Source: Tagaea sp. (GTDB lineage: Bacteria; Pseudomonadota; Alphaproteobacteria; CACIAM-22H2). Taken from it: DNA of 64,000 bases. A model generated the notes under the pieces. That model made no database searches. It was not told the DNA's origin and was given only the letters and a program-made list of their open reading frames with translations. The stretch is taken from positions 481,464 through 545,463 of the forward strand of contig CBDIIB010000005.1 of NCBI GenBank assembly GCA_965279525.1. The letters run 5' to 3'. A program made the translations under genes and the position numbers. Positions 29,003 through 38,395 of this stretch are shown piece by piece (within the stretch, counting starts at the first letter, position 1; each line of letters starts with the position of its first letter).

Positions 29003-30205
29003 CTACTCGGCCGGCCGCATCTTCGCGACGTCGGCGTCCGAGGGGAGGAATTTCGCGCCGTCGGCGTAGCTCCAGTCGACCATCGTGCCCTTGCCGTCCT
29101 TGAGGCCGACGCGCCCGACATAGGCACCCATCGTCGACTGGTGATCCTGCCGGCGGTAGGTGATCTCGCCGAACGGCGTGGAATGGGTCAGGCCCTTCAT
29201 CGCTTCGACCAGCTTCTCGCTGTCGAGCGAGCCCGCCTTGCGGATCGCGGCAGCCGCACTCAGCACGGTCGAATAGCCGACGATGGACCCCAGGCGCGGA
29301 TAGTCGCGGAACTTCGCCTGGTAGGCGGCAAGGAACTTCGCGTGCTCGGGCGTGCGGATGTCCTGCCAGGGATAGCCGGTCACGTACCAGCCGACGGGTG
29401 CCTCGTCGAGCAGCGGGTCGAGATACTCGGGCTCGCCGCCCAGGATGTTGAAGACCTCGACGCCCTTGAACAGGCCGCGCGTCGTTCCCTCGCGCACGAA
29501 CTTGGCAAGGTCGGGACCGAACAGCGAGGAGAAGATCGCATCGGGCTTGGCCGCCGCGATCGCGTCGGCGACGGGGCCGGCCTCGATGCGGCCAAGGGGC
29601 GTTGCCTGCTCGATCACGAACTCGACGTCGGGCTGGCGCTCCTTGATCAGCTGCTTGAAGGCCGCGGTCGCCGACTGGCCGTATTCATAGTTCGGATAGA
29701 CGATGGCCCAGCGCTTCTTCGCGAGCTTCGCCGCTTCGGGCACCAGCATCGCGGTCTGCATGTAGGTCGAGGCGCGCAGGCGGAACGTGTAGCGGTTGCC
29801 CTGGTCCCAGACGATCTTGTCGGTCAGCGGCTCGGCGGCGATGAACAGCACCTTGCGTTCCTTGGCGAAGCTCGCCACGGCGAGACCCACGTTGGACGGG
29901 AACGTGCCGATCAGGAACGCGGCCTTCTCGCGCGTCAGCAGCTCTTCGGCCACGCGCACCGCATCGCCCGGCTGGCCGTTGTCGTCGCGGCTGACGATCT
30001 CGATCCTGCGCCCCAGCACGCCGCCGGCGGCGTTGATCTCCTCGACCGCCAGATCCATGCCCTTCTTGTAGGGCTCGAGGAAGGCGGCGAAGACCTTGTA
30101 GGAGTTCATCTCGCCGATCCGGATCGGCTCCTGCGCCCCGGCGAGCGGCGACCAGCCGGCGAATGCGGCGGCAGCGGCCAGACTCAGCAACATCCTGCGA
30201 TCCAT
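29003..30205 (-). CDS. ABC transporter periplasmic substrate-binding protein (LivK/Peripla_BP_6-like)
   Basis: Internal ATG (complement of 30203-30205) with a perfect GGAGG upstream. Signal MDRRMLLSLAAAAAFAGWSPLAGAQ. IRIGEMNSY...GMDLAVEEINAAGGVLGRRIEIVSRDDNGQP. Confidence 0.88.
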   Translation of the reverse strand: MDRRMLLSLAAAAAFAGWSPLAGAQEPIRIGEMNSYKVFAAFLEPYKKGMDLAVEEINAAGGVLGRRIEIVSRDDNGQPGDAVRVAEELLTREKAAFLIGTFPSNVGLAVASFAKERKVLFIAAEPLTDKIVWDQGNRYTFRLRASTYMQTAMLVPEAAKLAKKRWAIVYPNYEYGQSATAAFKQLIKERQPDVEFVIEQATPLGRIEAGPVADAIAAAKPDAIFSSLFGPDLAKFVREGTTRGLFKGVEVFNILGGEPEYLDPLLDEAPVGWYVTGYPWQDIRTPEHAKFLAAYQAKFRDYPRLGSIVGYSTVLSAAAAIRKAGSLDSEKLVEAMKGLTHSTPFGEITYRRQDHQSTMGAYVGRVGLKDGKGTMVDWSYADGAKFLPSDADVAKMRPAE

Positions 30206-30315
30206 TTCCGCCTCCTCGAGGGTACCGGCGCGTCCGACGCGCCGGGTAAGTAGATGCACTTCCGGCCGCACTTTTCAATGCGGCCGGCCACATGACAACA
30301 CGCCGGCAGGCCCGC

Positions 30316-33300
30316 CTATTCCGCCGCCTGGCGCAGTTCGAGCCGCTTCAGCGCGCGGTCGATCCACTGGGCGGCGAGCTTTTCCTGCAACGCGTTCTGG
30401 CCCAGACGCGCCGAAAGGCCGGCGAAATCGACCCGGTCGAGATCCTGGTCCTGGTCGAAGCACGAGAAGACGACCGTCTGCTTTCCGGTTACCGGATCGC
30501 GGTGCGGCTGCAGGCACTGGGCGCAGATCTCCTTCATCATGCACTGCATGGGGGAGTTGATCGACCCGATCGCGTGGTGGCCGGGCTTGACGCACGGCTT
30601 CAGCAATCCGTGGCGCGCGCGCCCGACCGCATCCATCATCCGGTCCGAGCCGATGGCGATCATCCGGTCGGCGTCCTGCAGGCGAACGGCCTGCGCGCCC
30701 AGCGCACCGGTCGCATAGGCGTTCATCGCGGCCACGATGTTGCCCACGAACGTGCGGTCCTGCGGGCGCGTGGCCGGGAAACCGGGGGCCTCGTCGCAGC
30801 ACCACACGACCACGTCGGCCGCCGCCTCGATCTGCTCGATCTTGTAACGGTCCTGCACCTTCTTGTAGCCCGCGAAATAGACGACCTTCGACCCGGCCTT
30901 GCGCAGTGCCGCCCCGATCGAGAACAGCACGGCGTTGCCGAGCCCGCCGCCGACCAGCGCCACCGTCTCGCCCGCCGGCGTTTCGGTCGGCCTGCCGGTG
31001 GGGCCCATCATCACGACCGGTTCGCCCGGCTTCAGCCACGCGCACAGGTCGGACGAGCCGCCCATTTCCAGCGCGATCGCCGCGATCAGGCCCTTGTCGG
31101 GATCGGTCCACGCTCCGGTCATCGCGAGGCCTTCCATCGCCAGAACCGTGCCGTCCACGCGGCGCGCATAGGCCTCGTAATTCTGCAGCCGGTAGAACTG
31201 GCCGGGCCTGAAACCGCGCGCGGCGCGCGGCGCCTTGACGACGATCTCGACGATGTTCGGCGTCAGGCGGTTGACCGCGTGCACCGTGGCACGAAGATCG
31301 GCATCGAGCGTGGCGCGCAGTTGCGTCCACGTCACTGCCGATCGCGGCAGCGTTTCCATCGCGCGCGTGACGACCGGGTAACCCTGCTTGGCCGACCCCA
31401 TCGCCTTCACGACGTTGCCGAAATACGAAGGATGCAGGTCGCCGAAGAAGCTCGCCCGACCGGCTTCCGATCCGATGCCCATCAGTACGTGCGGGATCGT
31501 CGGCTTGGACGTCTGCTTTTCCGGCTCGACCGGATTGCCCTCGGCGTCGATCGCCGCGAAATACTTGCCGTGCAGCTTCACGCGGCCCGGCTCCTCGCGG
31601 GCGAGCACCGTGTTGGGCTGCGTGCCGGCCGCGACGAGGATCGCGCGCGCGGGCAGGATGCGTTCGTTGCCGTCGGCGTCCTTGACCTTCAGCGCCTTCG
31701 CAGCACCGAAAGCATCGACCTCGACCGCGACGGGCGTGAGCCCTTCGGCGAAGCGCACGCCTTCTTCCAGCGCCTTGGCGACTTCCTCGTGGTTGAGCGT
31801 ATAGGACGGCGCGTCGACCAGCCGGCGACGATAGGCGACGGTCGCCCCGCCCCAGCCATCCAGCAATTTCGCAAGATCGGGCGAACGCCCTTCGGCCTTC
31901 GCCTTCGCGCGCTCGGCGGCGATCGCACGCGCATGCGCGATGTATTCGGCAGCGATCTCGGTATCCTCCGGCGTCCAGCGCGCGCGCACGGCCACCTCGC
32001 CGCGCTCGGCGACCAGCGTGTCGTAGCGGTGCGCGAACTTCTCGACCTGGCGGACGTAATAGGCGAGCGACTCCGTCGCCGTATCGATGGCCGTGAGGCC
32101 GCCGCCGATAACGACGACTGGCAGGCGGATCTGCAGGTTGGCGAGCGAATCCTTCTTGGCGGCCCCGGTAAGCTGCAGCGCCATCAGGAAGTCCGATGCC
32201 TGGCGCACGCCACGCGCAAGGCCGTTCGGCATGTCGATGATGGTCGGCCGGCCGGCCCCCATGCACAGCGCCACGTGGTCGAAGCCCATCGCATAGGCCT
32301 CGTCGATCGTGATCGTGCCGCCGAAGCGCACGCCGCCATACATGGCGAACTGCGCGCGCCGCTCCAGCAGCAGGCGGATGACTTTGAGGAAATTCTTGTC
32401 CCAGCGCACCGTGATGCCGTACTCGGCGACACCGCCAAAGCCGGCAAGCACGCGCTCGTCGAGATTCTCGAACAGGGCGGCACTGTCGCGCACCGGCTCG
32501 AACGGCACGCAAGCTCCGTCCGCGCCCACGCCGGAGACCGACGGCGGCAGCGGCTCGATCTTCAGCCCGTCGATGCCTGCGACCGCGTGGCCGTCATTCA
32601 TCAGGTGATGGGCAAGCGTGTAGCCGGCGGGGCCCAGACCCACGACCAGCACCTTGCGGCCCGTGTCCGGGCGCGGCAGCGGCCGGCGGATGTTGAGCGG
32701 GTTCCAGCGCGTGAGCAGCGAATAGATCTCGAAGCCCCACGGCAAGGCGAGCACGTCCTTGAGGATGCGCGTCTCGGCCTGCGGGATGTCGACGGGTTCC
32801 TGCTTCTGGTAGATGCAGGCCTTCATGCAGTCGTTGCAGATGCGATGCCCGGTCGCCGCGACCATCGGGTTGTCGACCAGGATCGTCGCGAAGGCACCGA
32901 GCGCGAAGCCGTTGGCCTTCAGCGCGTGCATCTCGGAGATCTTCTCCTCGAGCGGGCAGCCCGCGAGATTGACGCCGAACACGGTCTTCTGGAAGGCACC
33001 CGTCTTCTTGTCCTTGAGGCCCTTCGAGCAGGAGTCCTTGCCCTGCACGTGGCACCAGATGCAGTAGTTCGTCTGGTCGAGGGCCTGCGGTAGATCCATG
33101 CCTTCGTCGGTGAGCGCGAAGCCCTCGCGGTGGCGCCAGTCGTGCTCGGGCAGGCGCTGCATGCGCACGCCATCGATCTCGATCGTCTCGAGCGGGATGT
33201 AGTTGAGCGGGTCGAGCTTGTGCGGCTGGCGGAACAGGATGCCCTTGCCGTGGCGCGCGCGCCCGGCTTCGGTGACGAGCGCCCAGCCGGCGTAATCCAG

Positions 33301-33768
33301 CGCCAGTGCCAGCGCCGGCGCGTTGGCCGCCTCGTCCTTCTCCCACGCCGTCACGGCTTCGGCGAACTTGAGCTCCGTCCAGCCGGCACCCAGCAGCGCG
33401 TCCATCGCCGACGGATCGAACGCGGCGAGCGCATCGGCCTTCGCCGCCTTGGCGGCACGCCGCTGCACGAACAGGCGCTTGACCGCATAGAGCGGGGAAA
33501 GTGCATGCGTGCGCTTGGCAAGGGCTTCGACCTCGCCCTCGACGCCGAACAGCTTGCCGACGAAATTGTCGACATGCGGCCCCAGATCGACGAGCAGGTT
33601 GCCCTCGTCCTTGGCGGCAAGCGCTTCGGGGTTCGCGCGCGCTTCCATCAGCCGGTCGTGGAGTGCGGCGTCGGCCGACTTCAGCGCGTCGGCGAACAGC
33701 CCGTCGATGCGTGCCAGCTTCGCGCGATCGTAGAGATCGGCGAAGACGAGGCCGAATTCGAGATTCAT
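30316..33768 (-). CDS. Large multidomain Fe-S flavoprotein oxidoreductase: unknown N-terminal domain, GltD/NfnB-like module and PyrK/NfnA-like module
   Basis: 1150-aa ORF. Cys-rich region aa 236-320 (CIWCHVQGKDSC, GCPLEEKISE, HRICNDCMKAC). Rossmann motifs VVGLGPAG (aa 375) and VVIGGGLT (aa 552). FNR-like RPGQFYRL and VALVGGGLGNAV. C-terminal MQCMMKEICAQC...FSC cluster. Confidence 0.85.
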   Translation of the reverse strand: MNLEFGLVFADLYDRAKLARIDGLFADALKSADAALHDRLMEARANPEALAAKDEGNLLVDLGPHVDNFVGKLFGVEGEVEALAKRTHALSPLYAVKRLFVQRRAAKAAKADALAAFDPSAMDALLGAGWTELKFAEAVTAWEKDEAANAPALALALDYAGWALVTEAGRARHGKGILFRQPHKLDPLNYIPLETIEIDGVRMQRLPEHDWRHREGFALTDEGMDLPQALDQTNYCIWCHVQGKDSCSKGLKDKKTGAFQKTVFGVNLAGCPLEEKISEMHALKANGFALGAFATILVDNPMVAATGHRICNDCMKACIYQKQEPVDIPQAETRILKDVLALPWGFEIYSLLTRWNPLNIRRPLPRPDTGRKVLVVGLGPAGYTLAHHLMNDGHAVAGIDGLKIEPLPPSVSGVGADGACVPFEPVRDSAALFENLDERVLAGFGGVAEYGITVRWDKNFLKVIRLLLERRAQFAMYGGVRFGGTITIDEAYAMGFDHVALCMGAGRPTIIDMPNGLARGVRQASDFLMALQLTGAAKKDSLANLQIRLPVVVIGGGLTAIDTATESLAYYVRQVEKFAHRYDTLVAERGEVAVRARWTPEDTEIAAEYIAHARAIAAERAKAKAEGRSPDLAKLLDGWGGATVAYRRRLVDAPSYTLNHEEVAKALEEGVRFAEGLTPVAVEVDAFGAAKALKVKDADGNERILPARAILVAAGTQPNTVLAREEPGRVKLHGKYFAAIDAEGNPVEPEKQTSKPTIPHVLMGIGSEAGRASFFGDLHPSYFGNVVKAMGSAKQGYPVVTRAMETLPRSAVTWTQLRATLDADLRATVHAVNRLTPNIVEIVVKAPRAARGFRPGQFYRLQNYEAYARRVDGTVLAMEGLAMTGAWTDPDKGLIAAIALEMGGSSDLCAWLKPGEPVVMMGPTGRPTETPAGETVALVGGGLGNAVLFSIGAALRKAGSKVVYFAGYKKVQDRYKIEQIEAAADVVVWCCDEAPGFPATRPQDRTFVGNIVAAMNAYATGALGAQAVRLQDADRMIAIGSDRMMDAVGRARHGLLKPCVKPGHHAIGSINSPMQCMMKEICAQCLQPHRDPVTGKQTVVFSCFDQDQDLDRVDFAGLSARLGQNALQEKLAAQWIDRALKRLELRQAAE

Positions 33769-34241
33769 GTGAGGTCCGTGAGCTTGCGCAGGAGTTCGGT
33801 CATCGTGGCCCGTTCGTCCGGCGTCATCGGTTCGAGCACGGCCTTGGACACGTGGTGGGCGCGGCGGATCGCCTCGCGCGTCAGCGTGCGCCCCGACGTA
33901 CTCAGGCGCAGCAGCGTTGCACGCCGGTCGTTGGGGTCGGGGCGCCGGTCGATCAGGCCGCGCGCCATCAGTCGCTGGATCACGCCCTGGATCGTCGCGG
34001 GGTCCATCGCGGTCATGCGGCCGAGCAGGTTCTGCGACACCTCGCCGCGCTCGCTGATCTTGGCGAGGGCGGCAAACTGCGTGGGCGTGAGGTCGAGATC
34101 GCCGACCTCCTTCTCGAACTGCGCAACGTGGCGCTGGTGCGCGCGGCGCAGCAGATGCCCGATCTGCGTTTCAAGAACGTATTCGCACTCGCCCGTCTTC
34201 GTCGCGGCCGGGATGGCGTCGAGTTTGGCGGCTGGCTGCAT
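33765..34241 (-). CDS. MarR family transcriptional regulator
   Basis: Internal ATG (complement of 34239-34241), with GGAG upstream. TPTQFAALAKISERGEVSQNLLGRMTAMDPATIQGVIQRLMARGLIDRRPDPNDRRA (winged helix-turn-helix). ATGA overlap with the flavoprotein gene. Confidence 0.88.
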   Translation of the reverse strand: MQPAAKLDAIPAATKTGECEYVLETQIGHLLRRAHQRHVAQFEKEVGDLDLTPTQFAALAKISERGEVSQNLLGRMTAMDPATIQGVIQRLMARGLIDRRPDPNDRRATLLRLSTSGRTLTREAIRRAHHVSKAVLEPMTPDERATMTELLRKLTDLT

Positions 34242-34264
34242 CGGCACTCCGGGGCAGTTCGTTC

Positions 34265-35380
34265 GTGTACATATGTGTCGTTGCCGGCCGCCGATTGTCA
34301 AGATGGGTCCAAGCATCTGGCCCGGCCCGCGATTTCGGTCTATCTGCTCGTGTCGTGAATGACCTCACCCTTCCATCTGCCCGCCCGGTCGGGCTCTGGC
34401 TGCTCGCCTGCTGCGCGATGATCTTCGCGATGGTCGTCATCGGCGGCATCACGCGGCTGACGGAATCGGGCCTGTCGATCGTCGAATGGCGGCCGGTGAC
34501 CGGCACGCTGCCGCCGCTCTCCGAATCCGACTGGCAGGCCGAGTTCGACAAGTACCGGCAGATCGACCAGTACCGCCTGATGAACCAGGGCATGAGCCTG
34601 GCGGAGTTCAAGCGCATCTTCTTCTGGGAGTGGTTCCACCGCTTCTGGGGCCGCCTGATCGGTGTCGTGTTCTTCGTGCCGTTCGTCTGGTTTTTCTGGC
34701 GCGGCCAGGTGCGGGGTTCACTGGCAGGCAAGCTCTTCGCCCTTTTCTGTCTGGGCGGGCTGCAGGGCGCCATCGGCTGGTGGATGGTGGCAAGCGGCCT
34801 CGAGCGCGACATGCTGGCGGTCAGCCAGTACCGGCTCGCCGTGCATCTGACGCTCGCCCTTGCCCTGCATGTCGGGCTGCTGTGGATCGCCCTCGACCTG
34901 CTGCGCGGGCCGAAGCGATCGACGCCCGCACGCCGCTTCGGGCTTGGCGTGCTCGGTTTCGTTTTCCTGACGATCCTTGCCGGCGCTTTCGTCGCGGGAC
35001 TGGATGCGGGCCTCGTCTCCGACACGTTTCCGCTGATGGACGGCCGCCTCCTGCCCGCCGGCTACGGCGACATCGCGCCGTTCTGGCGCAACCTGTTCGA
35101 GAACCATGCGGCCGTTCAGTTCAACCATCGCTGGCTCGGCATTGCGGCCGCGTTGCTGGCCTGCATCTTCGCGTGGCGGTTCGGGCCAGATGCACGCGAC
35201 CGGTTCGGGCGGCTGGCCCTGCTCGCCGTTCCGGCCGCCGCCCTCGCACAGGCGGCTCTCGGCATCGTCACGCTGCTTCTATGGGTGCCGATCCCGCTTG
35301 CTGCCGCCCATCAGGCGGGTGCCGTGATCCTGTTGAGTGCGGCCACGCTCGCGGCGCACGCGCTGGGGCGCGACACCTAG
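34265..35380 (+). CDS. ctaA: Heme A synthase (COX15/CtaA)
   Basis: RPVGLWLLACCAMIFAMVVIGGITRLTESGLSIVEWRPVTGTLPP...FFWEWFHRFWGRLIG...HRWLG. The track start is GTG 34265. By N-terminal length in homologs the true start may be GTG 34355. Confidence 0.88.
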   Translation: MYICVVAGRRLSRWVQASGPARDFGLSARVVNDLTLPSARPVGLWLLACCAMIFAMVVIGGITRLTESGLSIVEWRPVTGTLPPLSESDWQAEFDKYRQIDQYRLMNQGMSLAEFKRIFFWEWFHRFWGRLIGVVFFVPFVWFFWRGQVRGSLAGKLFALFCLGGLQGAIGWWMVASGLERDMLAVSQYRLAVHLTLALALHVGLLWIALDLLRGPKRSTPARRFGLGVLGFVFLTILAGAFVAGLDAGLVSDTFPLMDGRLLPAGYGDIAPFWRNLFENHAAVQFNHRWLGIAAALLACIFAWRFGPDARDRFGRLALLAVPAAALAQAALGIVTLLLWVPIPLAAAHQAGAVILLSAATLAAHALGRDT

Positions 35381-36162
35381 CGCCGCTGCGGCAGGACGAG
35401 GCTGAGCGCGAACACGCTGGCCGCCGCCACGACCACCGACGGGCCCGACGGCGTGTCGAATTCGACCGACGCGAGCAGGCCCGCGACCGAGGCAAACGCG
35501 CCGATCCCGGCCGCAATCGCGGCCATGCTTTCCGGGCTGCGCGCGAAGCGCCGCGCTGCGGCCGCCGGCATCACGAGCAGCGCGGTCACCAGCAACACGC
35601 CGACGATCTTCATCGCGACCGCGACGAGCACGGCCAGCAGCAGCACGAAGGCAAGGCGCATCGCGCCCACGTTGACGCCCTCGACCGCGGCAAGATCGGC
35701 ATGCACCGTGACCGACAGCAAAGGTCGCCACAGGAAAGCCAGCAGGGCCAGCCCCGCGACCGCCCCGCCCCAGATCCACGCGAGGTCGGCGCGGCCGACC
35801 GCCAGGACGTCGCCGAACAGGTAGCCGATCAGGTCGACGCGCACGTCCTCGACAAACGAGATCGCCACGAGACCGACCGACAGGGCAGTGAAGGCACAGA
35901 TCGACAGCAGCGTGTCGGGGGCGAGCCGCGCGCGCGCCAGCATCGCGGTCAGCAGCATCGCGAAAATCACGCACAACGTGGCGATGGCGAGATTGACTTC
36001 GACATGCAAGAGGAACCCGAGTGCGACGCCCAGCAGCGCCGAGTGCGCCAGCGCGTCGCCGAAGAACGCCATGCGCCGCCAGACGACGAAGCTGCCCAAG
36101 GGCCCCGCGATGACGGCAAGCCCGACGCCGGCAAGGACCGCGCGCCAGAAGAACTCATCCAT
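35377..36162 (-). CDS. znuB: Zinc ABC transporter permease
   Basis: Internal ATG (complement of 36160-36162) of ORF 35377..36339. [46 protein letters not shown]. Confidence 0.9.
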   Translation of the reverse strand: MDEFFWRAVLAGVGLAVIAGPLGSFVVWRRMAFFGDALAHSALLGVALGFLLHVEVNLAIATLCVIFAMLLTAMLARARLAPDTLLSICAFTALSVGLVAISFVEDVRVDLIGYLFGDVLAVGRADLAWIWGGAVAGLALLAFLWRPLLSVTVHADLAAVEGVNVGAMRLAFVLLLAVLVAVAMKIVGVLLVTALLVMPAAAARRFARSPESMAAIAAGIGAFASVAGLLASVEFDTPSGPSVVVAAASVFALSLVLPQRR

Positions 36163-36946
36163 GCGTGTGCCCCGCATGGTCGTGATGGGAATGCCCGTGA
36201 TGCGCATGGTCATGCGCGTCGTGCACGTGGTCGTGGCGGTGCTTGTAGAGGGCGAGCGATTCGCCCGCCCGCGCGCCGAACAGTTCGGCGAAGGCCGGGT
36301 CCTTGCCGATCGCTTCGGGCCGGCCCGAACAGCAGACATGCCCGTTGAGACAAAGCACGCGGTCCGAGCGCGCCATCACCAGATGCAGGTCGTGGCTGAC
36401 CAGCAGCACGCCGCAGCGGTGCCGGTCGCGCACGTTGGCGACCAGATCGTAGAGCGCGTCCTGCCCGATCACGTCCACGCCCTGTGCCGGCTCGTCGAGC
36501 ACGAGAAGCTGCGGCCGGCGCAGCAGCGCCCGCGCCAGAAGCACACGCTGGAACTCGCCGCCTGACAGGCCTTGCACGGGTGCGTCGATGCGCGCAGCCA
36601 CGCCGACCTCGTCGAGGGCGGCTTCGATCTCGGCGCGCGAGAATCGTCCGGCCAGGCCGACGAAGCGCCCGACGCGCAGCGGCAGATTGTCGTCGACGGC
36701 GAATTTCTGCGGCATGTAGCCGACGACGAGGCCCGGCTGCCGTTCGACCGTGCCGGCATCGGCACCCGCAAGGCCGAGCAGCACGCGCAGCAACACGGTC
36801 TTGCCGGCGCCGTTGGGGCCGATCAGCGTGACGATCTCGCCGGGCGACACCGAGACGTCGACGCGGTCGAGAACCGTGCGGTCCTCGAAGCGCTTGACGA
36901 TGCCGTGGCCGGCGATCAGGGGGGCCGATGCCGTCACGCCTGGCAT
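36155..36946 (-). CDS. znuC: Zinc ABC transporter ATP-binding protein with a His-rich C-terminal tail
   Basis: Internal ATG (complement of 36944-36946) of ORF 36155..37366. [38 protein letters not shown]. Tail [28 protein letters not shown]. Confidence 0.9.
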   Translation of the reverse strand: MPGVTASAPLIAGHGIVKRFEDRTVLDRVDVSVSPGEIVTLIGPNGAGKTVLLRVLLGLAGADAGTVERQPGLVVGYMPQKFAVDDNLPLRVGRFVGLAGRFSRAEIEAALDEVGVAARIDAPVQGLSGGEFQRVLLARALLRRPQLLVLDEPAQGVDVIGQDALYDLVANVRDRHRCGVLLVSHDLHLVMARSDRVLCLNGHVCCSGRPEAIGKDPAFAELFGARAGESLALYKHRHDHVHDAHDHAHHGHSHHDHAGHTHG

Positions 36947-37416
36947 CCGGCACAGGTTCCGGCGACCTCGACGGTGCGGGCCCCCACCTCGAAGCCGAGG
37001 CGGGCCGCACTCGCGTCGATCGCGGCAGCGATGCGCGGATCGTCGAGTTCGACCGCCGTGCCGCAGCGCCCGCAGATCAGGAACTGCGTGGCGTGCCGCT
37101 CGCCCGGATGCGTGCAGCCGATATAGGCGTTGAGGGATTCCACACGGTGCACCAGCCCCTGCCCGAGCAGGAACTCGAGGGCCCGATAGACCGTCGGCGG
37201 GGCGGCCGAGCGCCCGTCCGCGCGAAGGGCATCGAGCAGCTGGTAGGCGCCGACCGGCTTGTGGCTCGCCCATACCAGCTCCAGCACGCGCTTGCGCAGC
37301 TCCGTCAGCTTCTCGCCGCCGGCAGCACACACGCGCTCGGCCGCCGCAAGGGCCGTGCCCACGCACGCCCCGTGGTCGTGTCCGGCATGGGGGGCTTTCG
37401 TCGCGCGTTTCGCCAT
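36934..37416 (-). CDS. zur: Fur-family zinc uptake regulator
   Basis: 160 aa. [28 protein letters not shown]...[27 protein letters not shown]...[12 protein letters not shown]...CAGC. First gene of the zur-znuC-znuB operon (overlaps of 13 nt and 8 nt). Confidence 0.88.
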   Translation of the reverse strand: MAKRATKAPHAGHDHGACVGTALAAAERVCAAGGEKLTELRKRVLELVWASHKPVGAYQLLDALRADGRSAAPPTVYRALEFLLGQGLVHRVESLNAYIGCTHPGERHATQFLICGRCGTAVELDDPRIAAAIDASAARLGFEVGARTVEVAGTCAGCQA

Positions 37417-37439
37417 CGTCTTGCTTTCGGATAGAATGT

Positions 37440-37460
37440 TATACTATACGGTATATTATA
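37440..37460. promoter_or_regulatory. Candidate Zur box in the zur/znuA divergent region
   Basis: A 21-bp AT-rich near-perfect palindrome, TATACTATAC-G-GTATATTATA (9 of 10 arm positions pair), centred at 37450. It lies between zur (start 37416) and znuA (start 37484). Confidence 0.55.
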
Positions 37461-37483
37461 GCTCAGGAAGGAACCCGGCAACC

Positions 37484-38395
37484 ATGCGTTTTTCGAGGCT
37501 TCTCGCCCTTGCGATCCTGCTCGCGACCGCAGCCCCGGCCGACGCGGCCTTGCGCGTCGTGACGAGCTTCGCGCCCCTGCAGTCCGTCCTCGCCGGCGTG
37601 ATGGAAGGCATCGGCACGCCGGAAACGCTGGTGAGAAGCGGCGCCTCGCCGCACACCTATGCGATGCGCCCGTCCGAGGCGCGCCTGCTCGAATTCGCGC
37701 AGATCGTCTTCTGGATCGGGCCGGAATACGAGACGTTCCTCGTGCGCCCGCTCGCCAGCCTCGCGGGCCGCTCGGTCAACGTGGCGTTGTCGCGCCTGCC
37801 CGGTGTGCTGAAGCTGCCCGCGCGCGGCGGCGGCGCCTGGGAAGTCGACGGACATGGCCATGGGCACGGCCCGAAGGCGAGCGACGGCCACATGTTCCTC
37901 GATCCGCGCAACATGATGCTGCTGGCACAGGCCGCCGCCAACGAACTCGCCCGTCTCGATCCGGCGAATGCGGCGCGCTATGCGGCCAACGCGACGAAGA
38001 CGGTCGCGATGCTCGACGCCCTCGACCGCGAGCTTGCGGCGACCTTGCGCCCGCTCGCGGGCAAGCCGTTCGTCGTCTTCCACGACGCCTATCAGTATTT
38101 CGAGACGCGCTACGGTCTTGCACCGGCGGGTTCGATCACCGTCAGCCCGGAACGAAAGCCCGGCGCCCAGCGCATCCAGCAGCTCCGGGAGCGCATCCGC
38201 CGCGCGGGCGCCATCTGCGTGTTCGCCGAGCCGCAGTTCGAGCCGTCGCTGGTGCGCACCGTGGTCGAGGCGACCGACGCGCGCACCGGCACGCTCGACT
38301 ATGCCGGCAGCGGCGTGCCGCTCGGGCCGGACTTCTATCCGACGGTCATGCGCGGGCTCGCGATTTCGCTGGCGGCGTGCCTGTCGCGTCCTTGA
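37484..38395 (+). CDS. znuA: Zinc ABC transporter substrate-binding protein
   Basis: Internal ATG of ORF 37259..38395. Signal MRFSRLLALAILLATAAPADA. SPHTYAMRPSEA, a short His-rich loop DGHGHGHGPKASDGH, and FHDAYQYF. Confidence 0.9.
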   Translation: MRFSRLLALAILLATAAPADAALRVVTSFAPLQSVLAGVMEGIGTPETLVRSGASPHTYAMRPSEARLLEFAQIVFWIGPEYETFLVRPLASLAGRSVNVALSRLPGVLKLPARGGGAWEVDGHGHGHGPKASDGHMFLDPRNMMLLAQAAANELARLDPANAARYAANATKTVAMLDALDRELAATLRPLAGKPFVVFHDAYQYFETRYGLAPAGSITVSPERKPGAQRIQQLRERIRRAGAICVFAEPQFEPSLVRTVVEATDARTGTLDYAGSGVPLGPDFYPTVMRGLAISLAACLSRP

